This document shows, piece after piece, positions 36,270 through 62,850 of a DNA stretch of 64,000 nucleotides. Within the stretch, counting starts at the first letter, position 1. Each line of letters starts with the position of its first letter. The notes under the pieces were generated by a model that had not been told where the DNA came from, made no database searches, and saw only the letters and a list, made by a program, of their open reading frames with translations. The translations under genes and the position numbers were made by a program. Source of the DNA: Bugula neritina (Eukaryota > Animalia > Bryozoa); contig OZ037767.1 in NCBI GenBank assembly GCA_964035545.1, forward strand, positions 19,298,628 through 19,362,627, given 5' to 3'.

Positions 36270-36800
36270 ACCTAACATCTGGCACTCAAGAAAGGAATAA
36301 ACTTGACAAATATTTGAAGAAATTGTTAGGTCCTTAAAAAGGAGCCTAACAATTTCTAATACTGGCTTTGACTGGCCTGTTTGCCTTAAACTGGAACATT
36401 GCAGACACAGGGTGAGATTCAACATTACATTTCTAGAGTCGATACAAAAAGGGTTGTTCAGGTCAATGGCTGAACTAAAAGAACAAACAGTGTCATATAG
36501 ACATGCAGCCAACTTGGCGTTTAGTCTCTAAAATAAAATTGCAGAGATCAAAGAGTAAAGCTTCTGATGAAAATCTTGCAGAAAGATAAGCTGCAATTAA
36601 CAATTGCAATGATATATAATACAATCAACAGACGCTTGGTCTTCTGTTGTGACCAGCTAACAACTTTAAACATAACACTACAAGTCTAACATGGTAGTTT
36701 TCTACTGAGAACCATTAGATACATCAGGAGGGAATATATAGTTTGAGCAACACACTAACCACAACTGTGAAACTAATTACTAGCCTAAGAATTCACACAC
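36270..36800 (+). mobile_element. Possible highly degraded LINE ORF2 C-terminal relic
   Basis: Fragments VCLKLEHC and FLESIQK resemble the 'VRP.LEY' and 'LE.IQ.R' motifs that follow the RT domain in CR1/L2-type LINEs. It has many stops and vague boundaries. Confidence 0.35.
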
Positions 36801-37280
36801 TGCAGGATAAATGAAACATTTCTACAGCATTCAGAATTTTTTAGTGTTCAAAATTTTTTAAAATGGTAGAGTCAGGGGACAAAATTGAAAGACAAAATTT
36901 GAGCTCAAATTTTAGGCCATATATAAAAGAGTTTGCAAGAAAAAATAGTTGGCAGTTGGGGTACTGCGTATGCCCTGTCTTTGACTATTGGCATTGCCAA
37001 TACTTTTACTATCAAATTTAACATCATATTTAATCAACTTCAATTATCGTTCATATAAACATTTAGTTTTGCTAATTAGTATGCCCAACATTTATTTCAA
37101 TGACTAATTAAACAACTACCAATGTTATATTATAATTATATAATATTAATTATAATAGTTATTTCACTTACTAAGAGTAAGTCCAACAAACACAGTACCC
37201 CTCCCCCTTATACTTAGTCTTATAGTTATACTTATATTATTATTAGGCCATTTAATTTTATACTTAGTCTTATACTAATA

Positions 37281-37537
37281 GTGTGATTACTAATTTCAAA
37301 TAGGCTATTACTATTAGTATTGTTGCTTAAAAAATAAACTATAAGTATAAGTTATACTTATAGTGATAGTATCACTATTAGTAATACTATAACATCAACT
37401 ATAACTATAAGATTAAGTATAACTTATACTTAATCTTATACTTATAGTTATACTTATACTCAAAAACTTATAGTTTATTTTTTAAGCAACAATAGTCTAT
37501 TACTATTAGTATTAGTATTTGAAATTAGTAATCACAC
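37281..37537. repeat. Imperfect inverted repeat in the TMEM181-LATS divergent intergenic region
   Basis: GTGTGATTACTAATTTCAAATA pairs with TATTTGAAATTAGTAATCACAC, and TATTGTTGCTTAAAAAATAAACTATAAGT pairs with ACTTATAGTTTATTTTTTAAGCAACAATA. Confidence 0.85.
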
Positions 37538-40500
37538 CTCTTCGGTCTGTTAGAATTAGTATTACTATAAAATATTATTATTATTAGTGTAACTCATAGT
37601 GATACTGAAAGCAACAACTAAAAAGAGATCAGTAGAAAAATCATAATGATAATATTAATATATAATAATCATAATGATAATCATAATGCACTGCAAAACA
37701 TCAACTTTTAGGTACAGTTCATCATACCCAAATTGTTGCAGGTAAGAAAAAAAACAAAAGTCAAATTACTAAAATTTAATTTATATTTTTGTTTGTTTTA
37801 ATATTTTTTAAAATATTTTTATAATTTATCGATAATAAAATATTTTTGCAATGTTGACTAAAAGTTGAGATGGTCTAACTGCCGTAATACTACGCGGTTT
37901 AATGGTATTTCCCACAATGCAATTCAGTAAAAATGGCAATTAAATCTCCTGATAGTGAAGCGTAGCAGCGTTACTTGTACCCATACTCCTATTGTATGGT
38001 GTAGCATTTTTAGCACGTTATTTGGCTACCACTACATTAAATTTGCCGAGAGATTGCTTTATTCACTTCAAGCAATTGATGGTACTTATACTACTACACT
38101 CAATTATAAATAATAATATACTTGAGGTTTAACTTTATTATTAATTTTAATTAATAATTATACTTTAAGTTTATTGTTATACTTATAGTTATAGTTATAC
38201 TTGTAGTTATAGCCTATATAAATATTTATAAGTAAAGGTAAAGAGTATAGGCATAGCCATAGGAGTTCTACATTCGTCTCCGACTTCGTAGACTGTTAGT
38301 GTTAAGCGTAAGTTTGTAAAATAAAAAATATTAGTAATACTAATAGTAACTAAGTAACTGTAAGACTAAGTTTATATATAAATATTAATATAATCACTGA
38401 TCAGTCAGAATTACCAATTACTACAACTAGTGAACTACAAGTACATCTTCATCTAGATCTAGTTCTACTCTAATTCTAAACTTTCAGTTTAAGTTAAACT
38501 TTAAAAGTCAAGTCATAAGTGTTGGTGCCCAAGCCAGTGGTAAACTTGAAGAAAAATTGTGATACTAATAGTGATAGTGATAATGAATTTATGATGCTCA
38601 TACTCATACTAATTCTATGCGTAAGAGTAACTAATTTTAATAGAGAGTACGACTGGGGAGTAAGAACGTAAGTCTGTCTAAGAATTTAACTAGGAATAAC
38701 GTAGGCTAAGACTGGAGACTCAGACTATCGCCATCAGTATCACCAACAGTAACACTAACAGACTAAGTCTAAATTCAAGTTCGATAAGTCAATACTACTC
38801 ATGCTGTTACTGTCAGGCAATACTGGATATGCCACTACTTTCACTTTGCTACTTGTTACTAGACTGTACACATTAGAGTACTACTATTAGGTCTAGTAAT
38901 TGAGTAGTAGTACTAGTAGTAGTTCTGGTAGTAGTAGTACTCTAGTAGTTCTAAGTTGTATTACATGTACTAGTACTACTACTAGCCACTACTACTGCTC
39001 CGTCTACTCTCAGTGCCCCCAGTCAAACTCAATTTAAATTATAATAGTATTAGTAATAATCATTATTAGTAATCACAATGTTAAACTTAATGATAATCAT
39101 AATTTTACAGACACAGTTATTTACTCATCACCCATTAGTTAATGGTTAGTACTATTGCTTGTAGAATCAAATACTCAACTGGAACTATATGTAGTTTTAC
39201 AATCACTATGACTATCAATATGATAACCAGTCATGATCTAGTAGTCGTAGTAGATCTGCAAGTAGATTAAGATCATAATAGGGTAATGGTTATCATTGAA
39301 TTATGATCAATATTATTATCATTATAATTATTGACTATTGCATTATACTGAGCATTACTTGTTACTATGATGGTAACCTGTAATTACCAGTATCATAACT
39401 ATAACTGCAAGGCTTATGAATTATGGGTGATAATCAACAATTAGGATTATTAAATTTTATTAGTTAAATACTCACTTTAATTAGTATTGTTGGCTTATCA
39501 TCCAAGCTATAAAATTTGTTAGAAGTGTCTTTCAATTATGATTACTATAAGTATATTGATGAAGTGATTTTGAATGTGAAGTTGAAATATAGTGAGAGTA
39601 TTTACATTATGAAAAACTGAAACATGAACGTAGCATTATCGAATTCATAGAGTGTAACTGAATGAAATTGAAATGAATTAAACTGCAATAATTGAAAAAG
39701 ATGTTTACATATTTAAGTTTAAGTTCAATTTTCATTTTGATCTAAAAGTGCAAGTGGATATAAAAATGTACAGGAAGTTCAAGCACAATTTACATATTTA
39801 TCAAGTATAAATATGAAAATACAAGTCATACCCCAACATTCTCTCATGTATTACATATATATTTACCAGCATTGTTGTTAAACCCACGATAATACTCAAA
39901 TCCTCAAATGCATATAATACCACCAATTGTTTAAAGTTACATTGTTTAGTATTACTGGACATATACAAGACTGCTGGCTTAATGTTTACCTAAATGACTG
40001 TATTAGTGACGATCTGCTCATGAATGTTTAACTATAAATCAGCAGTCAATCTATTTTAATGTGGAATAAATTCTTCCTATTCTTACGCTGTTCTCTCTAA
40101 TCTGTCTTAATTTTTCTCCCAATGTTTATGGGGTGCATTGAATCACCAACTACACTCAGTATACAGTCTAATGTTAAACATATTTCTTCTTAGTCTGTAT
40201 TATGCTGTTTCACTAAACCCAAGTAAATTTCGATCTTTTAACTTGATTCTAACCTTCAATTTTCTTACTTGATTCATCATATTCTAGTTTAAGTTGATTT
40301 TATGCATAACAGAGCCAGGTGAATGATTCTGTAATGTAAGTTGTCATCAATATTTGATGGTGATTGTAGTCAACTTTTTATTTACTCTGAAATATGTTAT
40401 TCCTTCTAGAAACCACTAGAAGTGCTGGAAGAAACTAGAATTTCTATACCTCATGCTTTTCCCTGTGAGCCATAACTTGGAGTTGATTATTGGTATACTG

Positions 40501-41611
40501 GGGTGGTGGTATGTAGTATTTATATTAATACACAAATCACTATTATGGTATGCAATGTTGAATTAAAGAATTTTTGATTGAAATACTTTAAAGTGGCTGT
40601 TTGCAATAGTTATTGGAAGTTGTCTTCTTTGCCAGGAGTAAGAACTTGCAGTTAGAACAAACATGGTTATAGCTAGCACCAGAAATCTTTTCCTAAATTT
40701 CCTAAAATTATATTGAGATTTTCAGGCCACCTTAAATACACCAACTGCTTTGTCCTTAGGGCTAAACTTTTACCTACTGTTCAGTCAATTGTTGAACTGT
40801 AATTATTTAATGGTGTAGGGTAGAAACTACAGTTTCTATGCTGTTGAAATATAGCCATTGTAATTTAATGGTGTTGAACCACTATTCTCTAGTTGTTTTA
40901 CATTACAATTCCTTGGAAATAATTTAATGTTAAGATCAAAATAGCTATGAATTTATTCTTTGGCATGCACTCATTCATTAATTTCTGTCAGTTGTATAAC
41001 ATATTGTAAATAATTTGGACGGTAAATGGAAGTCAAACTATTTGATTGGCTGGAATTTGGGCTGAATTTTTGTTGGTGTAGGCCAATGGGCTTTGACTTG
41101 CTATTTCATCAGCAACTGTGAATAGTAACTGTTTAATATGACTACTTTGAAATTATTTTGTTATTTTATTTATTCTCAGGGCGCATATTCCTAACTATAG
41201 ATAGTACAATCCAGTTTCCAATAATAATTATCTACGTTTCACTGTATTTTTTTATGTCTTGTGCACAGAGTAAAAGACATTTTTAATTAGCATTTTAAGT
41301 TGAACAATTAGAGGTTGTGCAATCATATTTTGTAGTTGTCTGCACCTATTTTGGTGTTCCTAAGCTTCAAATGTTTATTGTAGTATTGTTCAACAGAATA
41401 ACCTATTTACTTAAAATGATAGAATTTAATGTGATGAAGTATACTAAATACACCCTATAGGCATGTTATATGCATATAACTATAATATAGGTATACTATA
41501 TGCATGTGATATTAATAGAATGAAGTGCACTATACTATACTAAATGATATTCATTTAATACCATTTTATTCTGTTACAACAGATGCTGAAAGTTAAGAGG
41601 GAAATATAACA

Positions 41612-52026
<10,415 letters not shown>

Positions 52027-54077
52027 CACAAGTAGTGAGTGGTCACACGGGCTACATGTGACTGTGTTGTGCTATGCAATGTAGCTACGTGTGTGTCACT
52101 GACTGCGATATACAGAGTATCTATTAACATTTAAACTACTTATTTCTCCAAAGTCCTTCTTCTATGATTCTCTCTGTTTCTTCTCTCTCAGCTAACTCAC
52201 TTGTGCACCGCATCTCTCTATAACTAGTATGTTTCCAGCTCACCATCTGTCATCCAGGTTTTCTCTCTCTCTATTTTGTCACACGACTCATCCAAACATT
52301 TCCGGTGCTTATGCAGAGTTTTTACTATTGTATGTAGTTTAGTTATATACTGGTCCTCCTAACTGATACAAACTCTAACCAATTCTATCCCATCTTTCAC
52401 TCAACTAGCCCATACCAGTAGGCAATGCAAGTCTGAAATTTATTCAACTTTAACTTCATTCATAATAATTATTATAGCTGCCTCTGATAACACGTCCAGT
52501 AAACATCTAGTTTAGTGCAGTGCCTGTTTACACATAAGTGTATGCAGCATAATATTATTATTCAAATTATAATCACACCAAGACATAAGTGCATCCAGTA
52601 CAAATATTATTTAACTACACAAACTGTGATCTTGAATATTCAATGAAATCTCAGCAATATAATCACTATTAGTTATATACTGCCAGAGTTTAAACCTTTC
52701 AAATATATTTGTGCTGCTAAACCCAATATAGTCAATTGCCATGTACTGTCTGATTTCATTGCCGATAGTATAAGTGGATCATTCTTGAGGCAACTCTATT
52801 TCACACCTCAAAGTTCTTAGTCTCATAGAGACTTCTGGCTTTTAATATAAGCATATTATTTATTTGTTTTTAAAGTGGAACTTTTTGTATTTTGTTTATA
52901 TGTACAAATCTAACAAAATAATTTTGTATTAAATTAGTTCTTACTATTCATTTGATAATTTTTTGTATGAGTATTGCATAGTGGTAATCATATGTTATGC
53001 ATCACATTACACATTGTGGAACTATAGGATTCTATTCTATTTTTGTAAAGATTAATATTACAAATAAATTGAATGAAAATTACAGAAATTGTCCCTTTCA
53101 ATTCCAATATATCACAAATGGTGAGCACAGTTCAATGCAGATTTGTGTTAGCTACAGGAAAATATAAAGAGTCAAGCCAGAAAACTGAGGGTGGTTGGTA
53201 AAAATATAACTCTAGGAGCTAAAAATGGCCCTTACTTGGAGATTTTATTTTACATTAGTAGATGAACAATGATTTTATTTTTAGTTTGAGAATAAATGTT
53301 GGGTTATTATCATCACAAAGGGATACTTTTAAATATATCCATTTGAAATCCTTTTCTGGAAATGGGATTTTCAATGGTTTCTATATGAAATGGGAGCTTA
53401 CATAATAGTTGACGTGCTATGTTGGAGCTGTCTGAAGCAAGTATATCTTGTAGCAACTGCTCTAATATGTTGAATATGTTATCACTACCGGCACATTCCA
53501 GTATATATGTCCATTTACATGAAATGGTGGAAATGTACATGCTTCTTATGTGTAAGGCATATAGGCTGGTCTTGTTATATTTTATTTTAATATAAAATAA
53601 ATTCATTTCAATTTGCGGCGTCTGTAAATATTTTTGAATTTTACACAGCATGCAGCGGAGCTATAACTAAAGCCCATTCTACAATTACTTTATCAAAACT
53701 ATTATCTTCATATGACTCATTTCTAAAAAGAAGATTTGTGATGAGATACATGTATTATACAGGTGAGAGCTTTACGTGTTCTGAGAGTTCTTATATAAAC
53801 AAGGGTTGATAACTTCTAGGAGAGTCATTTGCGCTGTATAGACGTTTTTTCCTGCAGTTTATTGATCTATGATTGATTTCCTATAGAGTTGATTACCTGC
53901 TAAGTTGAATTGAATGACATAACTGAAGTAAATTCTTTTACTAATGATAACGTTATGCTCATGTTGGCTGCTTGACGGATATCATTTATATATGATATAG
54001 TGTAAGATATTTCGCACGGCAAAAAATACAGTGATCGGTGCAAACACCATTAAGCCATCAACAGCTGATCACAGAAC

Positions 54078-56846
<2,769 letters not shown>

Positions 56847-58531
56847 CAGGAAGAAAAATGCACCAGCTCATATCAACCTACATTTCATGCCAGTCCCTTT
56901 ATTATAATAATTGTAACTCATCCAACATTCTACATTATATTACAGATCTGTTTGCGGGACTCAGTGAAGGAAAGACAACTCCCACATAGTCTGGCGACAT
57001 CACCTACTCTGAAGTAGTTTATCTAGCATATTATTTTGATGACTCCTACACAGACTATTTCACAATGTCTTAGCAGCCAATGAAATGTGACAATTTCAAT
57101 ATAATATAGTCTTAAACTTATGCCTTTGCCAATATTATAAATAAGAGGATCAGAAAATATAAACGATATTATTGAAAAGTTTCATCAATCATAAGTTATA
57201 ACCTCTAAGCAGTGTTTGATATTTTATGCATGCAGTTTGCTGTGTTATGAGATACAAAGTTAAACTGACTAAATCAACCAATAAGGATTATTTATAGATA
57301 TAGATAACTTTCAGACGGAACAGAAGGGTTGTTAATGAAGTGGCGTAACTTTGGTGGTGAAGTGCTTTTGTCTAACAAAGCTGATTGATGATTAAAAAAA
57401 CTTTAATTATTTCTACAAGAATCAAACTTTCATTCAATTTGTTTTATCAAAAGGTTCATACAATGTCTTTTAAAAACTTCAGTTAAGTAAAACTAACATT
57501 GCTAAGACAGTCTCATTGCAGCCCAACTGCACTTTGAAAGATTGAAAAGCCATCAATCATATTTTATTCAAAATCCTTCGACAAATTTATGATTTAGAAT
57601 TAACATGAGTTTTAAAATATTTAAAACAAAAACCTTAAGACACTCACTTTTATTGATAACTTGGGGGCAGATAATACTATTATTACCGTAGCCAGTTTGT
57701 AGTACTACTGGCAGATTGGATTGAAGCAGCAGCTTTCAAAGCTACCAGCCTATAAAATACTCTACTAGCTAGCACTTAAAACATTACGTAGCACAGTAAA
57801 ATATCACATGCAGATTAACAAATCTTGTACTTTTGCCACAACTTTTTTTTGGGTAAGGAGAGTGATTAAATGCCCAAATCCTTGGAAAGAATAAACTGGT
57901 CAGTGTTTATCTTGTAATTATAATACCTTTAAAAAATTCATTAATTTATTTAAAGCAATAATTTTTTTGTTATCTAAACATAAATTGTATGAGGAATTTT
58001 AAGTTTCAACCAGGTTAGTCATCTAGTATCACAAGTATACTTTTGTATACGTAAGATGCTGGCAGTTGTTTCATTAAGGTTTTCTTATAACTTGTGATAC
58101 CGCTGACCTATTGAACTGTTCAGATGACAGCTCTTAGCTTGCAGCCTCCACATGGCAGTATACAAACCACAAAGAGGAAAGAAGCTGTAGTAGCAGATAA
58201 AAGAGTTTAGGGTTTGTATTCCTGTTAGGTAACTTTACCTGCCAAGCTCAAGAACACCTATAATTATGTCTGTTTTGTTACATAATAATAAACAATCGAT
58301 GCACTCAGCTCTACCTCCAGCTAACATAACAAAACATTATGCAACTAAAATGAGATTTAATAAAATAATGGAATTAAAGAATTATTTGCACCTCCAATTT
58401 TCCTAATTATAATATCATGTCAGTGGCCATTATTTCCTTCAGTGTCTGTATACAACTTACACTCTTGGCTAGAGGTAAATATTCATTCACTCATCTGTCT
58501 TGATAACTGCTATACAATCTTTACTCTTAGA

Positions 58532-59200
58532 ATGAAAATCATAAAGTTTCTGATAACGTTTTGCTTTCTTATTATTTGTGCTGCAAATGCAAGATTTGTA
58601 AGTATAATATTGGTTTATTTGTTCAAGTATTGCTTGATGGTTTATATTTTAAAAAGCTTTTATAATTCTAACTGATGAAAAACAGTTTTTGACTTGAAGT
58701 AATATAAAATATAATTTTGCTTTGATAAAATTTTGACAATGAAACGGTAAATCCAAAATAATTATGTTTTAGTTATTTATAATTTCATTAGAACTAGTTA
58801 GTATTAATGTATTCAAATTGTGATGAAAGCATGTTTAAACGCTTGTAGTTGTGTGTCACATAATAATCTGCATTTTAGTTAGTGGGAAAGTCTGTGCTGA
58901 ACATCAGTAGAAGAAACCATATTCGAAATAGAAGAGGTCAGTTTATAACTAAATTTAGTGTAAAAAATAAACTTTTAACACTCCATTACTATGCTTATAA
59001 TTGTGCAGTTTATTATTTGTTGTAAACATATTTTAATGAGCAACCTTTTTGTATATTATATGTAAATTAATACATTTAATAAATATTACTTTATACATAA
59101 TTCTCATTTGACAGGAATAGCTGAAAATGTAAAAGATACAGTCACTGCTTCTAGCAGAGAAGTACTGCTAGAAGTGGCTAGGAAGTATGCGTTACCATGA
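58532..59200 (+). CDS. Small secreted prepropeptide (69 aa, 3 coding exons)
   Basis: Exons 58532-58597, 58879-58936 and 59115-59200 join in phase: MKIIKFLITFCFLIICAANA-RFLVGKSVLNISRRNHIRNRR-GIAENVKDTVTASSREVLLEVARKYALP*. There is an AATAAA at ~59313. Confidence 0.7.
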
Positions 59201-59608
59201 CATCAATGAAGTTGTTTATATGACCTAAACTTTTTGAGCTAAATGCCACATCAACCTCGCTTTCGTCATTTTTTGATATGATAATTGTTATGTATAATTA
59301 AAACATATTTATAATAAATTTATTACTATTAGAGTGAGTCTATATATGCCTTATTTATATAAATTTTCCATTTCCTGATGAAATGGTTATTAGGCTAAGG
59401 AATATTGCTCTAAATGTGGTTAGAGAGTGCCTAGTTGCAGCTTGTACATGTGTAAAGTAATATACAGCTGTAATATGATATACATAGCAACTAACCCTTA
59501 CATTTTAATAGAACAGAATCTCTCTTCCAACTTGGTTGTAAATCAAAGAATATATTAACGCATACTAAAGAAATGAATATTTTTAAATGCTTAACATATG
59601 TTTTATTA

Positions 59609-59939
59609 CAAGGATGTCCAACAGGAGGCCCAGGGCTGAATGCGGGCCCCCAGCTTACATTAATATGGCCCTCAAAGGCATAACAAATAAAATTATTTTT
59701 CTCACAGATGCGAATTAAAGTAGAAAACCACCTCCTAAAAGTTTTATTTTTATATGTGCTAAAAGCATTCAGCTTACAGTAACTATTGGGACTTAATCAT
59801 GTAATGATTCATAAGAATTTGAAATAAAGTCACTTGAAAAAACTGATACTGTGGCCCCCAGCTGAAGTTTCCAATGTCGCCCTCGCCACAAAATATTTCA
59901 TTTCCGTGGCCCTCAATCTGAAAAGGTTGGACACCCCAG
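59609..59939. mobile_element. hAT (Charlie-like) MITE, 331 bp
   Basis: Termini CAAGGATGTCCAAC / GTTGGACACCCCAG, 8-bp TSD TTTTATTA (59601-59608, 59940-59947) and subterminal GGCCC motifs. Confidence 0.85.
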
Positions 59940-61735
59940 TTTTATTACATAAAAATATTTTTGCTGTACCTACACCTCCAAAAATTGATATATTATAGGT
60001 ATAAATTATAACCATTTTTACAGCAATTTACTTTTGCAATTTTAGTAACAAGAAATTACCTAAGTGCAAGCTAATGCATCTATAACATTAATTTGAAAAA
60101 AAAAACATACTAATTACAAATAAATGTATAAGCTTTTACATAAAATGCACTAATTTCATAAGTGATGCCCTCAAATTCTTCACACTAATCATAATATAAA
60201 CTTAAACTAACTGATTCTTATATAAATAGTTGTTTACATGGTGTTTACTCTTCTTTCATACACTAGACGTCACCAACTTATTAAACGCTTTAACAACTTA
60301 TATGCATTTAATATACAACGCAGTGGTGAAAAGTTTGTTGCTGTTCAAACATTTCATATTATACAGATGAGATAATTGTGAAAAACAAAAACTGATTCAA
60401 ATAATCGGGTCTATCACACATGTTGAAGCTTGCTCTTACTAATAGAAAAGCCATACATTCTTAATGCCTCAGCATTGGTAAATATTATATAACAGGTCAT
60501 AGTTTACTTTGAAGTAGTTGGCTTTTGAATAAAAATTTCCTTTCCTTCTTTTTGGTGCATAAATTTGCTGCCAATGTCTGAATTTCATTAGTTCTTGCTT
60601 AACTATTTTTACCACTAATTAGGAAAATGCTGATTTGAAAATCTTGATATTAGACTAAAATCGATTTTTAGTTTCATTTCTGGAAATTTTTTTCACAGAA
60701 CTACTATAAATGTTGTTTCTGAATTTATTTTATGATTTGTTGAAAATTTGTTTTGCTTTTTAAAATAATGAATAAAACACATCATTTTCTAAGGCATTTA
60801 TTTAGTATGCATATTTTGATATTTAAGTGAATAGTAGGTTTTTCAACAATACATTTTACATAATTATGGCTAAACAATAGACAATTTGTTTGGAAACGAG
60901 TTGCTGTAAAGGTAGAATATATGCACATTAATACCAGATGCAAAACAGTATGTTTATATGTTTTCTCAGCATCACTGAAGGTTTATACTTCATGATTTTC
61001 AGTCAGAGTAACTGTTATCTTGCAGTCAATAAAGGTATGGATACGCCATAAGACAGGATAGCTATTATTATATTACGGTACATTTTACCTTCCTTCCATT
61101 TTGAAAACACTTTCCAGAGATATAATTATATTCATAGTTATAATTTACTTGCCTTGTTTTCCTGCCAAATGCTACCTTTTCTTAGCATTTAACTATAATC
61201 TGCTTTTACAAGCATTTCAACCAGAGGTTTTTCATGTAGGGAAAGATTGTCAGTACGATTTTCGGTTTGTATATATTATAGTTTGTCCAGGAAAATTACT
61301 TATAATGAGTATTTAATTAGATGTGTTAGTTTTCCTTTCAGCTTAGTTTGCATAAAACCATTTATTGTATTACCTTATTTTTCTAGGATAACATTATAGT
61401 GCTATGTTTCTGAGTTTCTCTAACAAAAGTATGTACGGAGCAGGTGTAATACTCTGACTGTATTATGGAAAGTGCTTAAAGAGGCAGATAAAGGGCTTTT
61501 GTCTCTAGTTTTCATGGCATCTAATTTTTAGATTTAGTAGAGTAATAATTATATAAATTATAAGTTTGTTTACTTATAAAGAACTAAAGTTGTGAGAATA
61601 AGTAGTTGTTGTAGGTTTATCATCAATTACTAGTTTTAAACGCCCAATGCACTTGAGAGTATATAAATAGAGAGCATGTCACCTGCACTCACATTTCAAC
61701 TTCTCTCTTGGTACTCTGCCGAACTTATTGGCAAG

Positions 61736-62850
61736 ATGAGCGTCAGATCTTTCATAAATCTTTGCATACTTACTATTCACCTTATGGAGATTATCATGTA
61801 AGTACTGTCTTCTATAATACCGTAATGATTTTGGGAGTTTCTTGATAAGGTTGAAATACTTTATACAAACATTTTTGAGACTAAAAATGAATTTTTTTTT
61901 ATTTTTTTAGCAAACAATAGAACTATATATTAAGCTAACAAACGCCAAAAATATAATGAAATTGAATTAATACACAAGTATTTATTGATTCTGTAATGAC
62001 TAAAAAAAGTAAAAATTGCAACACAACTTTTAATAATAATCTGTTTATAGTAATTCCCTAAAACCAACCTTGAGTGATGCTTTCTATGTCATCACAGCAA
62101 GTGTATCGTTATTTTAACTACCTTCTATTAATATTAAATTTGAGTTTTTAACTTTTGTCTTGAAAAATTTAAAATGTGTATATAACTTTTTCAACACTAA
62201 ACAATTAACAAATAAAGTTTATAAATATTGTACATTGTTATTTTGCTTATTGAGCAAAGTCTTACAAAACTTAATGGATTGTTTTTGCTCAACAAATTTT
62301 AATGCTGGTCCAGCAAGAAGTAAATTCTTTATAAAAAAGCTTTGGTTTGTTAAGTAAATGTTAAGCAGCCCAAAACTGTAAACTGTGGCATTTACAGAAT
62401 GATGACTTGGCATCCAGTGATTTGCTTAGCAAGAGTTCATACTATCCCTCTTAGCCGTATTTTGCCACTCAAAAGTTGTGTTACCTTGTATGGAGCATCT
62501 CAGCACGCCACATCTCTTTGTTTGAGAGTTGTATTTCCCTGTCTGAAGTATTTTATTATTCTCTATTTCAGTCTGTCCCGCATCTTGTGGACGTGGATGT
62601 CAATACTATAACCACACAGTCTACCAGAGGGAGGAAGTGTGAGTTTATAATAGATTAGATAATAGAAGTTTTCTTCTTTTGTCTTAGGCTCACTGCATAT
62701 CTGTATTGTAATTATTTTATTATATTAAATATATCATATTTTATTAACAGCATTTACAGACAACTTACCTCCATGAAATCAAAAAACTACTCATCACAGA
62801 AATTACAGGAAATCAAACACCTTACAAGATATTTTGAGAAGAATTGCTAA
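61736..62850 (+). CDS. Possible small multi-exon secreted-protein gene (model unresolved)
   Basis: TATAAA at ~61662. First exon MSVRSFINLCILTIHLMEII|GTAAGT. Exon-like 62572-62638 reads CPASCGRGCQYYNHTVY and joins in phase to 62751-62850. I could not fix the intermediate exon(s). Confidence 0.35.

Noticed and set aside
53313-53651. 112-aa minus-strand ORF
   Set aside because: No recognisable domain or convincing splice context. It may be a transposon relic, but I cannot support that.
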